From Plasmodiophora brassicae (lineage: Eukaryota), in assembly GCA_036867785.1 (NCBI GenBank), contig CP145420.1:1116001-1180000 (forward strand): DNA of 64,000 nt. The letters are read 5' to 3'. Shown here in pieces: positions 56,301-64,000 of the stretch (within the stretch, counting starts at the first letter, position 1; every line of letters begins with the position of its first letter). The notes below the pieces were generated by a model. The model did not search any database. It was not told the DNA's origin and saw only the letters and a list, made by a program, of their open reading frames with translations. The position numbers and the translations under genes were made by a program.

Positions 56301-56990
56301 CATGCCACGCCCGAAGACCGCTAAGGACCTGCAGCAGTTTCTGTGGGCGGCCAACTGGATGCGTACCCACGTACCCGGCTACGCAAGTATAGTACGACCG
56401 CTGCAAGAGCTGCTTGACATTGCCAACGAGGAGCTGATGCGCATTCGATCATCACCGCCATCATGTGTCTCGCTGGACGCACTGGGCTGGTCCGATCAGC
56501 ACAGCAAGTCATTCGAGGACGTGCGCTTCGCTTTGATTCAACACGTTCAGCTGGCATTTCCGAAGGAGGATTATCAGACCTGTCTGTTCACGGACGCCAG
56601 TGATGCAGCATGGTCGGCGGTGGTTACGCAGATCCCGATGGAGGACGTCAACCTGCCTGTATGCGAACAACGACATGTACCTCTCGCATTCTAGGGCAAG
56701 CGCTTCTCAGGTGCAGAGATCCGATGGCCTACGATCGAGAAGGAGGCAGCCGCGATCATCAACGCTACGCAGCGCGGTTATTTCCTACTGCATACATCCC
56801 GGGAGTTCCTGCTATACTGCGATCATCGCAATCTGACGTTCATCTTCGACCGGAACTCGGAGATCAAGAAGCATACGGCGCAGAAGCTAGAGCGATGGGC
56901 ATTGCATCTACAAGGCTTCAGCTACAAGATAAAGGAGATCGCTGGAACCGACAACGTATGGGCAGACCTCTTGACTCGATGGGAAGCTGG

Positions 56991-59900
56991 TGTAGTCCCG
57001 TGTCTGCAGACTCTTGACGGCACGTAATGACACAGAAACAGAATGACGTTTATCAATCGCATCGTCACGACGACGTCAGCCTCGCCACGTCATCGTGCTA
57101 AATCGGGGCACGCAGTTTGTCTAAATATAGTCCAGGACCGTCAGGTCAAGTGGCAGCACGTTGATGTAGGGAACGAGACGCTATAAATAGAGCCCCGCTC
57201 TACACTGCCTTTCTCCAAACTCGTGACCGGAATCATCGTGAGCACGTAGTACGTAGATGGTGAAGTTGACAGAAGGTAGTGTGAGACTCGGAATCACCCA
57301 ATACTCACTAAAAACCACCTTGTAACCCCAAGGGAAAAATCGGTGGAAAATCCATTTACGGACACCCTTGCCACCAAACACCATCGGTGCAACGAAGACA
57401 TCAGCGATGGTGCGCTCGACCCACATAGGTGGAGCCCGGTCCATATACATCTGAAAAGTATCATTCACCTAACTCAGCGGCCGACCCACATAGGTGGACC
57501 CCCAGCGCAACAGAGTCTCGATAGCCAGTACGCCCTGACCAGAGTCAACTGCGGTGAAGAGGAACTTAACAGACGCTGCCGACTGCCTCGTGATCGTAAC
57601 GTATCAATGAGGTCACCGTCATGACCCATCGAGGAACGTATTGGCCTCTCATAGGAGTGCCATAAACCATAGTCGCATGACGTCCATGACAACCAGGTTA
57701 ACTGATCCCATGACGTCCATGAAAATCAGTGAAGCGGGTCCCAACGTTTTGAGTACCCGGTCCTCAGCTATAGAAGACCATGATCCAGATCATCTTCGTA
57801 ACGTTCACCATGAACCGATACGGTGGCGTCGTCCGTGATTAGGTCCCGACGCAACGTAGGAAGCGTATACGATTGTTGATTCCTACGAACCCAACAACCG
57901 TAAATCATGGATACCTTGCACCCATACCTAATGTTTTGTTCGTCGCTTCCGTTGCGCTTGTCGCTTTCACGTATTCGTACGCTTTTGCATCGGCGCCATT
58001 TCTCGTAACGCCTCCACTTGCGGATGATAATCTCCGAGACGTCGTATAAGCTTCTGGACTAGTTCGGGAACATCTTCGTAGATGACACGAGCAGGTTCCC
58101 ACGTTGCTTCCGCCTCGTCGAATCCAGACCATAGAACCTTGATCTGAAGTTCTTGCGTTTCTCGATCCACTCGACAGTCCAGTAGATCGTCCACCAACAG
58201 CTGGTTATCAGCGTGCTGGAGTTGACGCTTGAGATCGACGGTCATGTTCAGATCGGCGTCAGCGTATCGTCGAATTCGTTGTGAGTGTGCGTTGAAGTGT
58301 CGTTCAGTGAGCGGGTCTTCCAGCTCGTACACTTGATCGTTGATCATCTTGACGACTCGATATGGGCCTCGCCACTGGGCTATCAACTTCTGAGCAGGAC
58401 CCGGTACCGGTTTTGCGTTGAGCACGTAGTCGCCAACGATGAACGATTCGTAGTGGCTCTTGTTCAGGCGTCGTCGCTGTTGTCGCACATTAGACGCATG
58501 CCGTTGTGCCTTTGCTTCATCAACGGCCTTGTGAATCTCGTCGAGGACCTCTTGTAACGTCGGCACATACTTGGCGAATCCTTCAGGTGGTATGCGTCGC
58601 CATTGTCTCTCCTTCGGATCCCAGATCTGGTCGAGCGGGCTTTCTGGCGAACGCCCCGTGACGACCGTGATCGGCGCGTAACCGTTGAGACGTCGACTTG
58701 GCGTGTGATTAATGACGTGCTGAACGACTGGACACAAGTACGGCCAGTTGTGCGTCGTAATCTGGGCCTCGTTCAGGATCGAACGCATGACGTTGAGCAC
58801 AGTGCGGTTTGCGCGCTCCACCGTGCCATTGGCCCATGGACAGTATGCAGTCGTGATGTGATGCTGAACATCTCGTAACCTGGTAAGCTCCTCCATGATT
58901 TCCGCCGTGAAGTGTGAACCACCGTCCGTGACCAGGTACTCAGGCGTCGCGAAATCAGCAATCCACTGATTCAGAGCTTCCGTAGCAACACGACTTGTCG
59001 CCTCAGCTGATGGGATCAGGCGTACGTAGCCGCTGAAGTCGTCCTTCAAGAGCAGGATGTACGTGTACTGGTGGTCCGTGCCCCTGACTGGCTCCACGTA
59101 GAGGTAATCCATGGTGAGCACGTCGAACGGCTTGTGGCCATGCAACGCTTCACCAAGTGGTCTTGGAACTTTCTTACCACCGCGTGTCGTAATGCAATGC
59201 AGACATTGCTGGCACATCGCTTGAATGTCCTGACTGATCTTCTTCCAGGCGAAGCGCTCCATGATCATCTGCTTGGTTACGTCGTACGCACGATGACCAG
59301 CGCTCGCGCAATGACCAATAATCAGGATCCGTAGTCGTAGACTCTTGCAGTCCAGATGGCATGGGATGAGAACAGCTTTGTCCTCGTTCTTCCACAAACG
59401 ATCAGCTTCGTCGAAGTAGACGCCATTGTCAATCTTCTCGTCCCGTGACAGTACTCGCTGTGCATCGCGAATCTCCGTCTCCGTCGGCCAGCTAAACTCA
59501 GGATGCTGTCGAGGAGTGACTCGCAAGTCGTCAAGCTCCATGATGCGTGCTGCTCGACATGACAAGGCGATACGACCGGCGCCCCATCTTGTCAGCAGGT
59601 CAGCCCAGACGTTGTCCTCTCCGGCGATGCTCTTCGTCTGGTAGCGGAACCCCTGCAGGTGCAACGCCCAACGTTCCAGCTTCTGGGCGGTGTGCTTCTT
59701 CATTTCGGAGTCCTGACTGAAAATGAACGTCAGATTGCGATGATCGGTATAGAGTAGGAACTCTCGTGATGTCTGAAGCAGGAAGTCCCCGCGTTCCGTG
59801 GCGTAGATGATCGCGGCCGCCTCCTTCTCGGGCGTAGACCATCGTAGTTCTGAACCAGCGAAGCGTTTGCCGTAGAACGCGAGAGGTTCGTGACGTTGAT

Positions 59901-62900
59901 CGCAAACAGGCAGGTCGATATCCTCCAACGGGATCTGCGTGATGACAGCTGCCCATGCCGTTTCACTTGCGTCGGTGAATAGGCATGTCTGGTAGTTCGA
60001 CTTCGGGTAGGCCAGCTGAACGTGTTGAATCAGGGCGAACCGTATGTCCGTAAATGACTTGTTGTGCTGGTCACTCCAACCCAACGCGTCAAGCGTGATC
60101 GATGATGGCGTTGCGGATCGAATACGCTTCAACTCGTCATTGGCCCGATCGATAATGTCTTGTAGTGGACGGATGATACAGGGATAGCCGGGTATGTGAG
60201 TACGCATCCAGTTGGCCGCCCATAGGAACTGCTGCAACTCCTTGACAGTTCGCGGACGCGACATGGTCGTAAGCGCTTCGATACGTTCTGGGTCGTGTCG
60301 TACACCATCACGTGAGTAGATTCGCCCGCACCACTTCAGTTCACGAGCGAATAACGTGCACTTGCCCGGATTCAGTTTCACATTGCGTTCACGACATCTC
60401 TCAAGAACCCGCGTCAGCTGATGTAGCAGGTCGTCCTCTGACTTTGCGAATCCAAGGAGGTCGTCGATCCATATCAGCAGATTGTCCTTCATGTCGTCGA
60501 AGATCGCTGCCATCCGAGCATGAAATTGAATTGCCGAGTTCATGCCTCCTTGAATACTCCTCGTAGGCGTATAGACAGCGTCGTCCGTCATGAAGCTGAA
60601 CATTTCTTGGCATTCCTTTGCCAAAGGCATTAGCCAGAAGCCTTTGAACGCGTCGATCGTGAAGAAGCATGTCATGCCAGCAAGCTTGCGCGTGACCGCC
60701 TCCACGTTAGGCATCGGCCAGGCGGTGGGGACACACCGCGCGTTGACCTGGCGTAGGTCGACACATAGACGGTAGCCGTCGCCCTTCGGTTTCTTTACGA
60801 CTAAGACGGGACTTGCCCAGCGAGAGTTCATGTTCATGTAGATGAGACCGTTCTCCTTGAGCATTTTGACCATATCGTCAAGGAATTCCTTCTGCTTCGG
60901 GTTGTAGAACCGCGGCTTGCACCGGTAAGGCGTAACATCCGGCTTCAGCTGCGTTACCATCGGTTCGACATCGACAGGCTTATCTTGCCCCAGCCGCGTA
61001 CGGAATTCGTTCAGGTGTCGTCGCAATATCAGACGTAGTCGACTAACTCCATGTCGGGACATTCCGTTGAGGCGTGCTTGATGCACCATTCGATTGCACG
61101 ACGTTTCGATCTCGTGCACGTTGATTGGTCCCAGGTCGACTTCACTTGAAGATGGCTCAGCGGAGTCTGGTTCCTGAGGGGCTTGAAAGTAGTCGCTTCC
61201 AAGCGTTGCCATTCTAGCAGCAATGCGCCGCACAGTCTCGATTGAATCGACGTCGACTGCCGCACATCCTGACAGCGTGTCCATCTCGGTACATCCTGAT
61301 GCGATGATGTTCTCCAGCTGCTTATGCGGGTTGATGCCAAGCGCAGATAGAAGATTGTCACCGAACAGGATCACTGGAATCGTGTCGCAGACGTAGTAGG
61401 TCACATGGTACAGCTTAAGGTTGCCAACCTCGGTCTCCAGAGTCGTGACTGGAACTTGTACCATTCTCGTGATCGTCCCGATGACCTTGCCCTCCGCGGA
61501 AGAGATTTCTCGTGGCTGGACGTCGCGAAATGTGGCATCATTCAACTGGTCAGCGATATGGCCAGGTATGATATTTCCACCACGACAGCCCGAATCCAGT
61601 TCGTAGGGAACGCGCATGCCTTCCAGCACTACCCGTTGCAAATCGTCCTCAGTCCCAGTGTACCCGTCAGTCTTCTGGACCTTTATAGGGCGATTGGCGC
61701 GGACAAGCTCAATGCAGCGCTCCTTCGATGGTTTCGTTGGGCAGACTCGCAACCCGTGGTCGCCGCCGCAATTCCAGCAAGTGATCTTGCCGGCGTTCTT
61801 CTTCTCAGGGTCGTCGTCCCTCCGTCGCTTTGTCGCATTCCCGTTCGCTTGTGCTTCAGGATCTCGAGCCTCCACTTTCGTAGCGTTCGGCTGCGTGCTG
61901 AGAACCGTAGCGGGCTTCGGACGGGTCGGTCGGTTCGAGGGTGGCGGGCGATGCTGCGCGACGCGTCGACCGCCAGCTGTCACCGTCACCTGGTATTTGT
62001 GACTCTTGTCACTAAGGCGTAGTTCGGCACAGGTCTTGTTCGACACTCCCGCGATCTGCGCGGAGCCTTGCACGAAGACCTTGTATCGGACCCATTCCAA
62101 GGCGTGCTTCATGATGCCCTTCAAGTCACCCTCCCGGTTGGTCTTATCGTCTTTCACCCATTGCCGCACATGGTCCCGTAATGGCCATGGCTGAAGTGTG
62201 TCCACCAACAATCGGCCAAGTGCTCGGCGTCCACCGGTCGTGTCTCGTAGGTGAAGCCATCCGCGCTTCCACTGGATCTCCGTCATCCGATCCAAGATGG
62301 ACTGCACTTGGTCCTTCAACGTAGGGAGGTTCACGTCCATCGACAGCTCCTTGGACATCTTGACTTCGATGTCCTGCGTCGTGAGCCCATGGCTGGCCGG
62401 AAGACTCTTGATCTGGCCGTCGATCCACCCTTCGAGTTCCTCATCAGTCAGCATGTCGACGCTGCGAAGGAAAAGGTGGTTCAGTGCAATGGACGTCAGC
62501 TGTGGCGTCGTGAAGCAGAAGCGGATTGCTTGCGGCTTGATCCTAGCTTCCTCAGGACGTTGTCCTTCGCGGTCAGTCACGACAGCACAGTAGCGATCAT
62601 ACCGCTCCTTCAACTTCAGGATCGACGTAGAATCCAGCTTCGTCGCGTGCGGAAGAATGCTGAGGTTTGCCGAGCTCTTGAAACCGCCGACGTTCGCGCC
62701 TTGCGACTGAGATGCCATGACGTTGTAAACAGTTGCGACGCTCCGCCGCCCGTTAACGTGTAGCGTGTACGTGTGGTTGGACGTATACGTAGGGGTGGGA
62801 CGTAGTGCGCACTGTAGTCCCGTGTCTGCAGACTCTTGACGGCACGTAATGACACAGAAACAGAATGACGTTTATCAATCGCATCGTCACGACGACGTCA

Positions 62901-63026
62901 GCCTCGCCACGTCATCGTGCTAAATCGGGGCACGCAGTTTGTCTAAATATAGTCCAGGACCGTCAGGTCAAGTGGCAGCACGTTGATGTAGGGAACGAGA
63001 CGCTATAAATAGAGCCCCGCTCTACA
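56991..63026 (-). mobile_element. Gypsy D: full-length chromodomain LTR retrotransposon
   Basis: 214-bp LTRs at 56991-57204 and 62813-63026 (identical by eye), TSD CTGG, PPT ggagaaaggcag. Confidence 0.97.
57967..62718 (-). CDS. Gag-Pol polyprotein of Gypsy D (intact, 1583 aa)
   Basis: CWNCGGDHGLRVC, LDSG, WIDD, FTDAS, HHCC/DDE, GPY and chromodomain. Confidence 0.95.
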   Translation of the reverse strand: MASQSQGANVGGFKSSANLSILPHATKLDSTSILKLKERYDRYCAVVTDREGQRPEEARIKPQAIRFCFTTPQLTSIALNHLFLRSVDMLTDEELEGWIDGQIKSLPASHGLTTQDIEVKMSKELSMDVNLPTLKDQVQSILDRMTEIQWKRGWLHLRDTTGGRRALGRLLVDTLQPWPLRDHVRQWVKDDKTNREGDLKGIMKHALEWVRYKVFVQGSAQIAGVSNKTCAELRLSDKSHKYQVTVTAGGRRVAQHRPPPSNRPTRPKPATVLSTQPNATKVEARDPEAQANGNATKRRRDDDPEKKNAGKITCWNCGGDHGLRVCPTKPSKERCIELVRANRPIKVQKTDGYTGTEDDLQRVVLEGMRVPYELDSGCRGGNIIPGHIADQLNDATFRDVQPREISSAEGKVIGTITRMVQVPVTTLETEVGNLKLYHVTYYVCDTIPVILFGDNLLSALGINPHKQLENIIASGCTEMDTLSGCAAVDVDSIETVRRIAARMATLGSDYFQAPQEPDSAEPSSSEVDLGPINVHEIETSCNRMVHQARLNGMSRHGVSRLRLILRRHLNEFRTRLGQDKPVDVEPMVTQLKPDVTPYRCKPRFYNPKQKEFLDDMVKMLKENGLIYMNMNSRWASPVLVVKKPKGDGYRLCVDLRQVNARCVPTAWPMPNVEAVTRKLAGMTCFFTIDAFKGFWLMPLAKECQEMFSFMTDDAVYTPTRSIQGGMNSAIQFHARMAAIFDDMKDNLLIWIDDLLGFAKSEDDLLHQLTRVLERCRERNVKLNPGKCTLFARELKWCGRIYSRDGVRHDPERIEALTTMSRPRTVKELQQFLWAANWMRTHIPGYPCIIRPLQDIIDRANDELKRIRSATPSSITLDALGWSDQHNKSFTDIRFALIQHVQLAYPKSNYQTCLFTDASETAWAAVITQIPLEDIDLPVCDQRHEPLAFYGKRFAGSELRWSTPEKEAAAIIYATERGDFLLQTSREFLLYTDHRNLTFIFSQDSEMKKHTAQKLERWALHLQGFRYQTKSIAGEDNVWADLLTRWGAGRIALSCRAARIMELDDLRVTPRQHPEFSWPTETEIRDAQRVLSRDEKIDNGVYFDEADRLWKNEDKAVLIPCHLDCKSLRLRILIIGHCASAGHRAYDVTKQMIMERFAWKKISQDIQAMCQQCLHCITTRGGKKVPRPLGEALHGHKPFDVLTMDYLYVEPVRGTDHQYTYILLLKDDFSGYVRLIPSAEATSRVATEALNQWIADFATPEYLVTDGGSHFTAEIMEELTRLRDVQHHITTAYCPWANGTVERANRTVLNVMRSILNEAQITTHNWPYLCPVVQHVINHTPSRRLNGYAPITVVTGRSPESPLDQIWDPKERQWRRIPPEGFAKYVPTLQEVLDEIHKAVDEAKAQRHASNVRQQRRRLNKSHYESFIVGDYVLNAKPVPGPAQKLIAQWRGPYRVVKMINDQVYELEDPLTERHFNAHSQRIRRYADADLNMTVDLKRQLQHADNQLLVDDLLDCRVDRETQELQIKVLWSGFDEAEATWEPARVIYEDVPELVQKLIRRLGDYHPQVEALREMAPMQKRTNT

Positions 63027-64000
63027 CTGGTCGCATCGCACTGTCATGTAGAGCAACGCGCATCATGCAGATGGACGATTTGCGAGTCACTCCTCGGCAA
63101 CATCCTGAATTCAGCTGGCCGACCGAAAAGGAGATCCGCGATTCGCAACGCTTTCTGTCACGAGAGGAGAAGATCGAGGACGGGGTATACTTCGATGAAG
63201 CTGATCGTCTGTGGAAGAACGAGAGCAAAGCCGTTCTTATTCCTTGTCATCAAGACTGCAAGAGTCTACGCCTTCGAATCCTGGTCATTGGCCATTGCGC
63301 AAGAGCTGGTCATCGTGCGTCGGAAGTAACCAAGCAGATGATCACGGAGCGCTTCTTCTGGACCAAGATCAATCAGGACATTGAAGCGATGTGTCAGCAA
63401 TGCCTGCATTGCATCACGACACGCGGTGGTAAGAAAGTTCCTCGGCCGCTCGGTGAAGCATTACACGGTCACCAGCCGTTCGACGTACTCACGATGGACT
63501 ATCTCTATGTGGAGCCTGTCAGGGGCGCGGACCACAAGTACAAGTATATCCTGCTCTTGAAGGACGACTTCAGTGGTTATGTTCGTCTGATTCCATCAGC
63601 TGAAGCGACAAGTCGTGTTGCTGCGGAAGCTCTGAATCAGTGGATAGCCGATTTCGCGACGCCCGAGTACCTGGTCACGGACGGTGGTTCACACTTCACT
63701 GCAGAAGTCATGGAGGAGCTTACCCGGCTACGAGGTGTTCAGCATCACATCACAACGGCATATTGTCCGTGGGCTAACGGCACGGTGGAACGCGCGAACG
63801 GCACGGTGCTCAACGTCATGCGATCAGTCCTGAACGAGGCCCAGATTGGCACGCACAACTGGCCGTACTTATGTCCTGTTGTTCAGCATGTCATCAACCA
63901 CACACCAAGTCGACGACTCAACGGCTACGCGCCATTCACGGTTATCACGGGACGTTCACCGGAAAGCCCGCTTGACCAGATCTGGGACCCAGTAGAAAGA

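Larger units (their letters stand above)
53578..64000 (+). mobile_element. Gypsy E: degraded A/D-related element (5' LTR 53578-53765), interrupted by D, runs off the window
   Basis: Gag from 53829 with frameshifts, RT WIDE, stop at 56692-56694. Pol resumes at 63031. Confidence 0.92.

Overview
Eukaryotic genomic DNA, GC-rich, with short (~50-70 nt) GT-AG introns and tight gene spacing. This style fits a protist such as a plasmodiophorid, but that is inference only. Bases 1-14066 are gene-dense: an ENTH/epsin-like 5' end, an auxilin-like J protein, a ~1.4 kb spacerless inverted duplication, a GT90 pseudogene, a Tim17-family protein, an OFA-type MFS transporter, a kinesin ending in a CaaX box and an exportin-5-like gene. 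From 14100 to the end there is a ~50 kb nest of transposable elements: several chromodomain Gypsy elements (two with intact ORFs and identical LTRs), a Copia, a TRIM and solo LTRs, two SINE copies, a DD39D mariner, PIF/Harbinger and CACTA-like remnants, and a small element with palindromic termini. Most notable: (i) four Gypsy elements carry a position-fixed, sequence-variable 10-bp palindrome where a tRNA primer-binding site should be; (ii) a 322-bp element bounded by perfect 70-bp palindromes occurs as full, solo and tandem forms with 4-bp TSDs; (iii) the Copia and TRIM appear primed by a half-molecule of tRNA-Asn; (iv) covarying twin stem-loops lie in Gypsy 3' UTRs. All family calls come from motif recognition by eye, not from database searches.
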